DNA of 62,613 nucleotides, counting the filler, from Circinaria calcarea (Eukaryota), in assembly GCA_051942165.1 (NCBI GenBank). It is 12 parts of 12 records of this genome, joined end to end, with 100 filler letters (N's around TTAATTAATTAA, not from the genome) between each part and the next. Parts side by side here need not be neighbours in the genome. Positions count along the whole stretch, not along the records: positions 10,467 to 15,598 come from JAVECS010002028.1; positions 15,699 to 20,830 come from JAVECS010002029.1; positions 20,931 to 26,062 come from JAVECS010002030.1; 9 more parts are not named here. One strand, written 5' to 3'. Below are positions 12,229 through 24,511 of this stretch, piece by piece. How positions within the stretch are numbered: the stretch's first letter is position 1; every line of letters starts with the position of its first letter. Below the pieces are notes generated by a model. It worked only from the letters and a program-made list of their open reading frames with translations, was not told the DNA's origin and made no database searches. The translations under genes and the position numbers were made by a program.

Positions 12229-15200
12229 ATGGACCCAATAAGTGCTGCTGCAAGTGTTCTAAGCATTGCGCAAATTGCTTTACAGGTTACTTCTGCTTTG
12301 GTGAAATATGCGCGAGATACGCAGCATGCCTCCACGGAGAGAACCTTGTTAGTCGAAGAAGCTTCTTCCCTTTCGCGGATGCTCGAAAGACTTCGAGACA
12401 GAGCAGAGGGTGCAAGCCTCAATGATGATTGGCTTGATGATCGCAAGGACCTCATACGACAGTTCCAAAGAGCCTATGAGGACCTTGCGAAATCACTGAA
12501 GTTCAACGTCTCTACGGGGCAACTGACACAGGAGACCCGTTTTAAGACGATCTTATCCTTGACGAAATGGTCATTTACCAAAGCAGAGGTTTACTCGCTC
12601 CTCGAGCGTATAAGTCGCCTGCAGCAACACGCAAATATCCTGCTTTTGAACGATCAGTAGTTAGTGAAAACCCTTTTGTCCCCGGAGCATACTATGGCAA
12701 CAAGGCTAACAGGTTAATCTCGTGTCTAATAGCACATTGGTCGAACGAATGGAACAAAAGCAGCAAGAAAGTAAAGTCACACGAAGCTTTACATCCGCGT
12801 TTCCGCTACTGCTAACCTGACAAGTCTTGGATCAGAAGTTGAAACTAGACCTCCTTAATTGGCTCTCGCCTCTACAAATGACTCAAGTCCACCAAACCAT
12901 CTCCGACCGAGTAGTAGCAGGTTCAGGCAGATGGTTCTTAAGCGCTAAGGAATTCAGAGATTGGCAATGTGGGCGGAAAGGATACTTATGGTGCTCGGGG
13001 ATACGTACGCATTATTTCCTTCTATGAATAGATTACCAAAGCTAATCTCAACCTCGTAGCCGGAGCAGGAAAAACCATTATCACGTACACCTTCCCTCTT
13101 GGAGATTTCTTTACAGGATATTAACACAGTCAAGGTCAATCGCTATGGACTTCCTTCTTAGTCGGCAGAATGAGAATCAGGAGAAAAAGATTGGCATCGC
13201 AGCTTTATATCTAAGATATAATGACCCTGAACAAACCCTTGATAATCTATTGTCCAGCCTCCTAAGGCAGCTGGCTCAGGAGTATGAGGTCCTTCCGCAA
13301 CCGTTACAAGACTTATACGTGCACCATCGTGATCGGAACACCTCGCCATCGCTACACGATATTGTAGAAGTACTATACTCTTTGGTGGAGACCTACAGCA
13401 GAATTTTTATACTTGTCGACGCCCTGGATGAATGCAGCGAGGAGGTTCGATGGGGACTACTGGAGAAGCTTCGCGGAATGGGATCCAGTGTTCACTTATT
13501 GATCACTTCTCGTTTTCTAGATAGCATTAACGAAGAATTAGAAGATTTCAGCCGACTGGAGATCAAGGCTAACAAAGCAGATGTTGAGCTATTTATCGAT
13601 TATCAGATACGGAAGAATAGGAACTTGCGGAGGATCGTTGAGAAAGGTCCAGCAATGCGTGATGCTATCAAGGAGGAAGTCGTTAAGACTGCTGAAGACA
13701 TGTATAGAGACCTCTGCCTATTATATTGGTAACTGGTATCTATCCACCTTGATACTGACGACACTCTCAGGTTTTTGCTCGCTCGACTCCACGTTGAATC
13801 CTTAGCAAGCGCCGCAGCTCTGTCCATCAAACACGTTCGGAGGAAGCTCCAAACCCTTCCTACAACATTGGCAGGCACATATGATGAAGCGATGCAACGG
13901 ATTGAGAGACAGGAGCCAGAGCATAGGGATATCGCTTTGAAATCCTTAGCATGGGTCAGCTATGCCTTCCGGTCACTGTCTTTGAAGGAACTTCAGCATG
14001 CCTTGGTAATTGAGCCTGGAGATACCGATTTGGATGAGGAACTTATAATGGATGGAAACAGTATAACAGCTTTGTGCGCCGGTCTGGTGGTTATCGACCA
14101 GAGAACCAACCGCGTAAACTTGGTTCATTATACCATGAAGAACTACTTTGAGGATGTTCGCGAGAGTCGGTTCCCTGGGTTCCATGCAAACATTACGATG
14201 AGTTGTGCCACGTACCTTACCTTGAACCCCCTTAAAGAGGCGACTATCTGGGAAATTCTCCGACAGTTCCCCCTAGCATATTACGCAGCCCAATACATGG
14301 GAGCTCATGCACGGCAAAATCCCGAAGATGCCCTGGAGTCATCTATCTTGGACGTACTCTGCAGGCTTCTTTCACATCCTGATAGGAGGAAGCCCCTTCT
14401 ATCCCTCTTAGACGGTCTGTACCTGATAAAGTCTGGTTTCTACTCATCAAACAAGTCAATACCTGGTTCTAGGAACGATACTGCCACTGATGAGGCTTTG
14501 GAACTGGGAGTGGGCTCATTGTTCAATGTAATCTCTGAGCTTCATGGTGGAAGCCCTGGGATGAATTTTCCAAAACTTGAAGATGAGGCTGACGAAGATG
14601 ACGAGGATAATGAGAATAGAGCAGAGACATGGGATATTCAAGCCAAGGCAAGCCGATTACCCGAAGTTACAGCTCTCCACCTCGCCGCCTCAATGGGACT
14701 TGCCAAAGTGGCCTCCATGTTGCTCAAGGAAACTCCGGATATAGACGCAGTAGACGAGACTGGAAAGACGGCACTAGCGGTAGCAATGGAAAAAGGATTC
14801 GAGAAAGCGGTTGAGTTTCTCGTGAACAGCGGCGCATGCGTGGACCTGGAGCATGATCATGGACGGGCAGTGCTGTTACTTGTCACTGAGAGAAAATGGG
14901 ACAGTGTTGTTCAAATCATTGCACAGAAATCAAAACTCTCGAGTACTACGGGTGAGACTATCGATATACCGGACCAGGTACAATTATTACTTGCAGCACA
15001 TGACGGTAATAGCGAAGAAGCTCGACGTCTCATAGCGCAAGGAGGTATCCATTTAGAGTCTGGCGATCGCATCTATGGTGCAACGGCCTTGTTTATTGCA
15101 GTCGAGCGCAGCCATTCGGAGATGGTGCAGGTCCTCCTTGCTGCTGGCGTAGACGTGAACTCCAAAGACAGTATGGGCCAGACATCATTACATAGAGCTA

Positions 15201-15598
15201 CCCGTCGTGAGAGTGATGTGTTAATGAGGTTGCTATTAAGAAGCGGAGCGGACGTTGACCTCCAGAACGACGAGGGTCGAACGGCGTGGAGTGCAAATGC
15301 TCGTACATGCAACGAACCTCTTCTAGGTATCCTTCTGGAAGCAGGGGCCGACCCAAGCACCAAAGGCCACAACGGGATCAGCGAGCTCTTTCAAGCGTCA
15401 GCGAGCGGAGAAACCACCTACGTCAAATTCTTACTCAAAAGTGGCACCGACCCCTCAATCAAGACTACATTTGGCTGGGCTCCGTTGCACTGGGCGGCTA
15501 ACAATGGGCATATAGACTGTGTTGAGCTTCTCATCGAGGCTGGTGCTGATACTTCTCCTCTTTCCGATCAAGATTCCACGCCGCTTGACTTGGCACTT
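12229..15598 (+). CDS. Fungal NLR-like STAND protein: HeLo-like N-terminus, NACHT, ankyrin repeats; 3' truncated
   Basis: N-terminus MDPISAAASVLSIAQ. Walker A (GI|PGAGKT) is split by an intron at about 13005-13059. Walker B is ILVDALDE, followed by LLITSR and FLLARLH. Multiple ankyrin repeats (TALHLAA, GKTALAVA, GQTSLHRA, GWAPLHWAA). Confidence 0.92.
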
Positions 15599-17298
15599 NN
15601 NNNNNNNNNNNNNNNNNNNNNNNNNNNNNNNNNNNNNNNNNNTTAATTAATTAANNNNNNNNNNNNNNNNNNNNNNNNNNNNNNNNNNNNNNNNNNNNGA
15701 GGGTGCGGGCCCCCGATGTGGTATGTCGACTTGAAGGTGAAAGTGTCGCCGTTGTATATGGGCTCGTCCTGCCTGTATAACTGCGTCTTGAGCATGCCGC
15801 ATGAGGCATGTTGTCACTCCCATACAAGTCCTGCAGTCAGCTGCACATTCCACTACTTTGCATGATACCATTGGATGGCGTTCTGGGAACGCCGAAGCAA
15901 CGAGCATTTGCGCAAATACTTCTGATCGAGCAGGTAGTGCAGTCCACAAATGCGGGCGATTTCAGCAATCTTGAGCGACCGGCTCATGCTGCAAGGCACC
16001 AATTTGGCGACAATGGCGTACGGTATCCTGTCAATTCAACATCTTCTTCAAGGTAGTATTCCGGTCAGGAATGGACGACACCACGCCGGAACCGGATGCT
16101 ATTCATCCAGAATTGCCGTTGCGGCGAAAGAAGCGGCGACGAGAAGGGCCAGAGAGTTAAGAGCCAATGACATCGCCGCTTTTTGTCCTTACTAAACCTT
16201 ATTCGGACAAACAGAACTCTGACGCGGACACCTGAGATGGCCAGTGTTCCTGATTCTGTGGTCGTATGTGAATGCTGTTTCTGCTATTAAATATATATTT
16301 CCAAGAACATTTTCTCCATACGCTTTACCCACGACTTACACACTACACATACAGCAACTCCACAGGATATCATAACAGTATTTCATAGCAGTATTTCCTA
16401 GCATTTTATCATACAAATATTCCGACCATACCGTGCAGCCCTGTTGACAACGTAGTGCCCTCCCTATAATGCTCCTCCTTTCTAGGAGAATAGGTTTTAT
16501 TAAAACACGGGCAGGGAAACAAGTCTTTGTCTTCGATGGAAACTGAAGACAAATGCACCTATGGTATTTTAACACTCCCATCCCAGCTGGTGCAAGGCAA
16601 ACTCGCAGTCTCTACCTTCCCTCGACAGCAACCTTTCATCCAGAAGAACAAATCCCTCCTTTTCCACCCTATCGTACATAGAGTATTGTTTTCGCCTAGG
16701 TGACCATAGCCTCGCCTTGGACGCTACCTGCTTTCATGGATATCCTAGTACGCCAGTCCGCACTTTATAATAACCTCGTAGTCGAGCAGCCTAATATATT
16801 CTTCTTGCTTTTGGATTCAGGCTCTGCACTCCCGTTTAACCCACGAGCAATACTTTTAATTCCGCACTTCCCCTTTCGTTCTTGATGAACCTTTCTTTAC
16901 GAAGCCATGTTGAGGTTAAGTAGCCGTACCGGCCGAGAATTGACACGAGGTGAAGGCCTGCAGTATGAGAAAGAATTTGTCACTTGGAAGTTGGGATGAA
17001 ATGAGGGTTTATAGTCGTCAAATTGTGATCGGAAAAACCACGAGCTCTAGCACACACCTATGCGAGCTCGGATATATCTCGATCTAAAAACGCTTGGGTA
17101 TCTCATTCTTGAGCCAATTATCCTCTCCCTTTTACCCAAAGCCCTTGGAGCAATCAGAACTACCCTCGTTGACCACATCCACTTTACCCCCTGACCTTTT
17201 CTTCCATAACCTATAGAACCCCTTATGAAATCATCCCCCGTAACCACCTACATTTGCTTCCGACTTTCCACCACATCCAATAACTTGCTCCATTGCTT

Positions 17299-17595
17299 CT
17301 AGTATGCACTCCGCTGCTTCTTTTCCTTCCGCTGATTCTCAGCTTGTTTTGCGCCCTCCTTGGCTCCCTCCTTGCCAGCTGCTTTGCCAGCCTTGCCAGC
17401 GACTTTTGTGCCAATGCGGGCGGCGGCGAGGCCAGCGGCTATGAGTGGAAAAAAGGGTTCTGGAGAGGGATCAGCGACGGCGTTGGGAAACGCGTCGGCA
17501 ATGGGAAAGGCGTCGGGGTCAGGGTAGGCGAAGGGGGTTGCGAGAGAGGAGGAGAGGAAGAGGAGGGTGAAGAGGGCGGGATTTGAGAAACGCAT
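17299..17595 (-). CDS. Small secreted prepropeptide: signal peptide, X-Pro/X-Ala dipeptide pro-region, cationic amphipathic peptide
   Basis: MRFSNPALFTLLFLSSSLA | TP FA YP DP DA FP IA DA FP NA VA DP SP EP | FFPLIAAGLAAARIGTKVAGKAGKAAGKEGAKEGAKQAENQRKEKKQRSAY*. Good start context (CACAAATG). Confidence 0.8.
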   Translation of the reverse strand: MRFSNPALFTLLFLSSSLATPFAYPDPDAFPIADAFPNAVADPSPEPFFPLIAAGLAAARIGTKVAGKAGKAAGKEGAKEGAKQAENQRKEKKQRSAY

Positions 17596-18374
17596 TTGTG
17601 GGATCTTAATATAGTGAAATATGTGGGGAATAATTAGATGGAGAGAATAGCAGAAGTATAAGAACGTAGAAAAGAGATGTGAGAAGAGAAAGACCTCGTC
17701 CTGCGAGAATCGTGATGAGATTTGCTATACAGTTCTCTGGTCGGGGATAGGGAGCCTTTTGTATTTCCAATACCGCTTTGCTCGAAGGAAAAAAACAACA
17801 TGACACATCCAACAGGAGGATCAGAGTTGGAGTAGTACGTAAATTGGAGTAGTACATGAATTGCAGTAGTATATGAAACACATCGCATCTCATCTTTGTT
17901 ATTCAGGATGCAGCTGGGCTTGACGTGTATCATCAGCTCCTATTGCACAAGGCCTTTCTACAATGTTCTAACAAGTCGGGGCAGCAAGAGGCGTGACAGG
18001 TGCAGCTCTAGGGAGAGTTGTAAGTATTTTTCTTGACGGATGTTGGAGTGAGTTGGTAAGGCTGCGCTAATGACTCATCCCCTTGTTCATATGGTAACCA
18101 GACCGCGTCGGCGCGCTCTAATAGAAAACATCTGGGCAAACAGCTAACAGCCAGAAGCAAATCCCCCCTGAGCCTTAACACTTTCTAATTGCACAATTCA
18201 AAGTTGGGACGCCAATCTTGAATTAGAACTACAACTTATCAAATCATTCAATTCAAGATACAGCCCTGCCTGTTCATCAATTGCAGTCTAAAGGACATCA
18301 TCGGACCTGACACGACTTGTTCAACCCTGTTCTAGAGTGCATGGTCACTATCTATGGTTTAAAGCTACTTCAAC

Positions 18375-20830
18375 ATGCCAAGGGTCGAAAATGCTCTATC
18401 GCAGTTAGTGATATCGTTCTTGCCAGCTTCCTCCGATGTAGAGGACGAAGAAGCTACACCAGAGCAGAAGCATGACCAGAATTTAGAGTTAGCCAGAAGC
18501 ATCCTCAAGAAGTAGGTGAATGTTCCTACGACTGATGCACAAGTTTATATCATCTAATTCTTTCGTAGCGAGGCTGTAGAGCTTCCTGACAATGATCATA
18601 TCTCTTACTTGGTCAAGAAGAAGTGTAGGACTATTTCTGACCGCGTCCCAAAAGAAAGCGCTGAGTTCCTCTAGTGGAGCGAGTTAATGATGCTCCGGAC
18701 ACGGCCGTCAGATACTCTAATCTTTACTCCAAACTTCTTACCATGCCGGTGGTCAATCACAAAGGGGCCGTCTTATATCTGCTTCATCAATTGGCCGGAT
18801 CTGGATTGGATAATGTCCATGCCTCTGAGGTCGCTCAACCTTACCGTATCGAGGGTAACCCTGTTCCGAACGGCCTTCATCAAAGATTTGAAGGTACTGC
18901 GGATCAAGACGAGGAAGAACAAAGTAATGTTATGAACGACGCATTTCCCCCAGCAAGCCCCTTTGGACTGTCACCGCGTCCGAGAAATCGCAATGGCAGT
19001 CACCAGGATGGCGTTGACCCCAATGGCATTTTTGGCAGGGAGGCAGAGGTGCAACCACGGTCTCCGAATGTTCCTTCATCCATGAAAGATGCGGCCGTCT
19101 CGAAATCAAGTCAGATGGCAGAGGCACCGTCAGAGTCTACCCTCTTGCGTGATTTGCCTTTTACCTTACAAGGACTATCATCTACGAACTTGCAATTCAG
19201 CTCCATGCCATCCTTAAGTCTACCGCCGAATCTCCCTTTACCAGTGATATCTCTATTACATACGCTGGCGGAGCCATCATTGCTGTACCGGAAACTCTCA
19301 GAGTTTGTACAGTCCGAGGTTAAAGGATTGAATGGACAGAGTTTACGGTCTGCTATTGGTAGCGAACTCCGATCTTATCTTGGATTAATTGCTACCCTCG
19401 AAGGTGAAATACGACGGACCATTTCCTCTGGGAAGGATGACCTTCCACCCGGTAACATTACCAAGGCTAGAGTGACACTCAAACGGTGCGTGATATGGAC
19501 TAGGGAAGCTACTTTGGGTCTTCGGCTCATGAGCGTAATGGCAGAGGAGTCACAAAGTAAGCGTTGTGCACGGAGACTGGTAGTCATCAACCTACTAACG
19601 GATTCCAGACTTGAAAGGGGGTCAAATAATCTCGATGATTCATTCCTTCTCTGCGTCTTACGGTGATCCCTTTGTTGGCGCCTTCGCTGAGCGCATGCTA
19701 GCACACATGACTACACCGTTCTATAATATGCTACGACATTGGATTTACGACGGACAGCTATTAGACCCCTACCTCGAGTTTTTTGTAATCCAACAGGATG
19801 TAGAGAGGATCGGTGGGAATGATTTGAACCCCCGAAAAGTGCCGGCTTCCAGTGTGTGGCAGGAAAAATACAAATTAGACAATCAAGCAGTGCCGACTAT
19901 TCTTACAGAGGACTTTGCAAAGAAAGTGTTTTTAATCGGGAAGAGTCTAAATTTCATCCGATACGCATGTGGGGACTCTGCCTGGGTTGAAGCGTACTCA
20001 AAAGACGCATCGAAAGAGCTTCACTACGGCGATACCGCGACTTTGGAGATGTCTATCGACCAGGCTTACAAGACTACCATGGCTCGATTGATGCATCTTA
20101 TGAATGACCAATTCAAACTTTTCGACCACCTCAATGCTTTGAAAAAGTATAGTCTTTTGGGTCAAGGTGACTTTGTTGTTTTATTGACGGAGTTACTATC
20201 CTCCTATTTGGATCGGCCTGTAGGCTCAATATTCCGCCATACTCTCAACGGCCAGCTGGCACATGCAATCCAAGGCTCAAATGCCCAGTACGACTCACCG
20301 GTTGTACTTCGATGCTTGGATGCAAGATTACTCGAACTCAGTCACGGAGAAACTGGATGGGACCTATTCACGCTAGAGTATAAGGTTGAGTCTCCGGTGG
20401 ACGTTGTCATTACGCCTTTGGCAAATAAACAGTACCTAAGACTATTCAGCTTCCTCTGGCGTATCAAGCGTGTCGAATATGGTCTGGGCATTACGTGGAG
20501 ACGCTGCATGACCGGCGGCCGCGGCGTTCTTGCGAGCGTCAGTGACAAGTTGGGTCGAGACTGGAAGATGGCAAGATGCTGTATTGCCGAGATGATCCAT
20601 TTTGTCAACCAGCTCCAGTATTACATCCTCTTCGAAGTCATCGAAGCTAGCTGGGACAAGCTCCAAACCTCCATCACCAAGCCCAACTGCACGCTCGACG
20701 ACTTGATCGGCGCGCACACGAAATACCTTGAGGACATCATGTGCAAGGGGCTCCTCGGCTCCAGCACGTCCAGCATCACCGAGACTCGTGAAGACAGCTT
20801 CACCAGCCAGCTCCATTACATCCTCAAAGG
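18375..20830 (+). CDS. SPC98: Gamma-tubulin complex component GCP3 (Spc98/Alp6); 3' truncated
   Basis: GRIP-domain motifs LLRDLPFTLQG, YGDPFV, WIYDGQLLDPYLEFF, IGKSLNFIR, LLGQGDF, GWDLFTLEYKV and QYYILFEVIE. Short 5' exons have canonical introns. Confidence 0.92.
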
Positions 20831-20930
20831 NNNNNNNNNNNNNNNNNNNNNNNNNNNNNNNNNNNNNNNNNNNNTTAATTAATTAANNNNNNNNNNNNNN
20901 NNNNNNNNNNNNNNNNNNNNNNNNNNNNNN

Positions 20931-21156
20931 TTATGGCAAGGGCAGATGGCCGTGGGCCAGTGGAGAGACCCTCGCCGGATAGTTGGAGGCGGACTTTTAT
21001 CATGTCAATCGGCTGGATGAGGGTTGTCGCCGCCATGCCAGCGAGCCCGCCGTTTATGAAAGGCAGCGCTGTGCGTGTATAGGGATGGTGGAGAGCGGAT
21101 GAGGCGGTTGAGGGGGGAGCTGCGGAAGAGATTCGGGAGGGGGCTCTAGTTGACAT
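20931..21156 (-). CDS. Mitochondrial carrier (2-oxoglutarate/malate carrier-like), N-terminal fragment
   Basis: PFINGGLAGMAATTLIQPIDMIKVRLQL carries the Px[DE]xx[KR]xR carrier signature. Confidence 0.88.
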
Positions 21157-23107
21157 GTTGGGCGGCTGTTTCTCGCGTGGAAATTGTACGTTGTTATTTG
21201 TTTAGCCAAAGGGCAATGAAGATTCGGAGCAGATTGTTTTTTCTTTCTAGCTCAGGAAAACTGGCGGCGTGTCAGGTGGAGAAATGTGACGAGGTCAGGT
21301 CGAGCATTGATAGCGGAGTATTCCAGCTCAGCACTTTGGACCTGCTAGTTCGTCAACGAACCCACCGCAATATCTCGCTGATACGCGGCAAAACGTGAAC
21401 AAGCAGGAACCAGCTCATACACACTCCCAGGACATTCTCACAGCACGAGGCATGCTACTTGTCCAGGCGTGCTTGAACGAGAGTGGGATTGCGGTTCCGT
21501 ACCTTTGGTCTCCGTGCCCGCCTACTATCTGTACAATACCGCCCTCAGCGTGAGCCGAGAGTACGCCTTACTACCAAGTCGACGAAGACGATGGAGCAGT
21601 CAAGCCGAGGTAGCACATGGATGTGTGTCAATGAGGGAGGCCCTTCATGATGGTTGAAGGATGCCTCAGCCACTGAGCACCGTAGGCGCGCTTCATGACT
21701 GGTCGGGTGAGGGTTAGGTGGGTGTTTGGTGCGGGGAAAGAGCGACCCAAAGGGAAGACTGCCATGCTCTCCCGTCCATCTTTGCAGTCTAATTGGTAAA
21801 TTGAATTAGAAATTTGGGCAGGCAGGAAAGTACTTCGGGTGATGTCGGTTGACGGAAAAAGACAGCCATCATCAAAAGGGGATAAGATAGGGGGGTAGTA
21901 TTTTGTTGAGTATGTCTATCAGAGAGTTAATATGGAGATAGCTCTACTGAGCTGATAGGAGAGCTATCTCGCCCACTGAACCGCGTGTAAGAGTGGCATC
22001 TGATCCAGTTTACCCTGATCATTTGTTGTATAGATTGACCCGGACAAGGCTGGATGCCATTGCTGCCTCTACAACTGACCGCCGTTGTTCTCTTCGCATC
22101 TCATCACCGTTGACCGGCTCCTGGGAGTAGTCACGCGAAAGCGTTGGTACGTGAAACCGGATCGAGAACAAAACGCCCCCACTACTGCCACTGCCCCTCC
22201 ACTCGTATCAAACATTGCGGGGTAATAAGGTTGGGACCGATAACTGTGGCGCTAATTTTAGAGCGAACTAGTGGTGAACTGATCTACGGTAGCCGGGTTG
22301 GACCAACACTACCTCCTCCATCTCCTCTCTGCAACAAGGAACATATGCACAGCTGCTGCTCATCGAGCATGTCTCAATATCTTACTTTCTGCTTTGGACG
22401 GTATCGCGACTGATATCATACATGGCATTTTGCAATAACTCACTGATGAGGTTGAGGTATTGGCGTGACGCAACATGCTGAGACGGTACATTTCAAACAC
22501 GTGTTGTTTCCAACGTTCGATGTTTGCCTTTCGTTGTGCTCTGTTGGGCAGACCCCTAATGTTGCCCTTTCCTATTCATCACATAAAATCGTGAGCCTTT
22601 TTGCTCCTGCTATGCTTACATCTACTGAGACCAATCAAAGTATCACCACATCCCAAGTTTAAGTGGACTATTTTTTGGTGCCTCCTCGAAACCTTCCGAG
22701 CGTGACTTTCCATTCATCCACTTGTTAGTGTTGTCGCTGCTTGTTAGCGATCGTAGGATTCCTAACATCGGGTGACTAAAACATTTCATACCTTGCCCCG
22801 TGTAGGCACAAGACCTCCAAATGGCCCAACTATCGCAACTCCGATAAGAACACTGCCGCTTTGTTTGTATTTTCCGTAGCGTTGCATGTTGGTCTTCATT
22901 CGTGTATGTATTTCAGACGTGAACCTCTCTCTCTCCTCTCAAGCTTTAGTTAGCTGCATCCGTTCAACGACTCTAGTTGTGGATTGCTTCCTCCAGACCT
23001 TAGTGCCCGTTCCCTTTGATCGTCATCTTCGTATATTTCTTAATCTCAGGCAGCGCCTCTTTCTATAGCTCAGGAGCCTAAAGCCGGTCTTTGTTTAATT
23101 TCCAATA

Positions 23108-24511
23108 ATGACCGCCCTAATTCTCGGAGCTGCGCTCGCTCACTTTCTCGCCGGCGTCGACGCCAGAGCAATACGATATCCTTTCAAAGCCCCTTTTCAA
23201 ACCCTAGCGGTTGGTGTATATGACGGACTATTTCCTGAAGTATCACTAGCTGGCAGCGGAACAATGGGTGGAATTGGCTTCCCAACAGGCAGTGTCTTTC
23301 CCGTGTATACTGGGTCTAGCTTGATATCTCCTACCGGCACTGGATCTTCTCCAATCTTCCCAATAGGTACTGGATTAACTCCACAAACCAGTACTTTGGC
23401 GCCGCCAGGCTTTTTCGTCAGCCTACCTTTTTATCCAGTTACCGTTACGCAGACTCTCACCTTAGTACAAGCCCCAACTCAAACATCAACAATATCCAGT
23501 TCACCATCGACGTTAGACGGTATATTCCCATCAAGTGGTCCCAGCAGTACAGCTACGAGCTTTCCTTTGCCTTCAATCAATTCAGAGACAGGTATCCCAT
23601 CAAGCACAATAGCGCCATCTAGTAACGCTACCAGTGGTAATGCTTACACCCTGGTGGGGAATGGTCCGGTCTCTCTTCCAGCTACAATTGTTATTGTTCC
23701 TATGTTAACCACTCCTGCAATGACAACAGCAGCAGCAGCAGTAGCAGCAACAACAACGATAGCAACCTCGCTAGGCTTAGATTCAAATCTTTCCTCGCTT
23801 TTCCAGAGTCCTTACAGTTCCCAAAGTCTCGCATCATCAGCATTACTACCGACCGACACGCCTTTATCCCTCCCGCTAAGCGGAACAGGTCCGGTTACAA
23901 CTTATCCGACACTAGTCCCTAGCGACACTTCTATCATGACACCAACCACCATACCTTTGGTATTTTCTACTGTACTTAATCCTGCCGAGACAACTCCTGT
24001 ATCATCTTCAGAAGGGATTCCACCGCCGTTGGTTCCACCTTATAGCAATTCGTCTATTGGTATGGCATCAACATCAGCAGGAGGCCTACCAGCTAGTCCC
24101 ATCGGTACAGGAATCCCAACGTTCACTACGGAGACTGCAACTATCACGACTACCGATACCGCTATCTTTACCGTTACTTCTACAGCACCTGTCAATACAA
24201 TCGCTCCTCAACAAGGGACACCTCAGCCAGAGACTCTTCAGCAAGGAGCTCCCCACCAAGGAAATTCACTATCAGAACCTCCATCATTGGGAGCCTCAGA
24301 ACAGGGAAACCCTTCACAGGGAGGCCCCGGACCAGAAAACCCCCAACCAGGAGGCTATCAGCAGGGAAAACCCCTCATGGACGCCTCTTCTCTAGGAGCT
24401 CCTTTACGAAGATTGTCTCATTCTGAGGACCCCCAACATGGAAATTCCCGCCTGGATGTTTTTCAACGGGGATATGTGAAGCGATACAGCCCTCGGCGAG
24501 GGACTTCTTAA
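23108..24511 (+). CDS. Secreted Ser/Thr/Pro-rich mucin-like protein with C-terminal degenerate pentapeptide repeats
   Basis: 467-aa intronless ORF with a signal peptide (MTALILGAALAHFLAGVDA), an S/T/P-rich body and an xPxQG-like repeat tail. No GPI-type hydrophobic tail. Confidence 0.7.
   Translation: MTALILGAALAHFLAGVDARAIRYPFKAPFQTLAVGVYDGLFPEVSLAGSGTMGGIGFPTGSVFPVYTGSSLISPTGTGSSPIFPIGTGLTPQTSTLAPPGFFVSLPFYPVTVTQTLTLVQAPTQTSTISSSPSTLDGIFPSSGPSSTATSFPLPSINSETGIPSSTIAPSSNATSGNAYTLVGNGPVSLPATIVIVPMLTTPAMTTAAAAVAATTTIATSLGLDSNLSSLFQSPYSSQSLASSALLPTDTPLSLPLSGTGPVTTYPTLVPSDTSIMTPTTIPLVFSTVLNPAETTPVSSSEGIPPPLVPPYSNSSIGMASTSAGGLPASPIGTGIPTFTTETATITTTDTAIFTVTSTAPVNTIAPQQGTPQPETLQQGAPHQGNSLSEPPSLGASEQGNPSQGGPGPENPQPGGYQQGKPLMDASSLGAPLRRLSHSEDPQHGNSRLDVFQRGYVKRYSPRRGTS

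Noticed and set aside
15699..16195. Possible gene fragment at the start of contig 4
   Set aside because: Several frames are partly open on both strands, but none gives a consistent model or a recognisable motif.
17293..17586. Plus-strand 97-aa hydrophobic ORF overlapping the prepropeptide
   Set aside because: It has a TTG start and is the antisense shadow of the far better structured minus-strand ORF.
7621..17595. Oxylipin synthase, protease, NLR and secreted peptide as one defence gene cluster
   Set aside because: They lie on three different contigs separated by artificial linkers.
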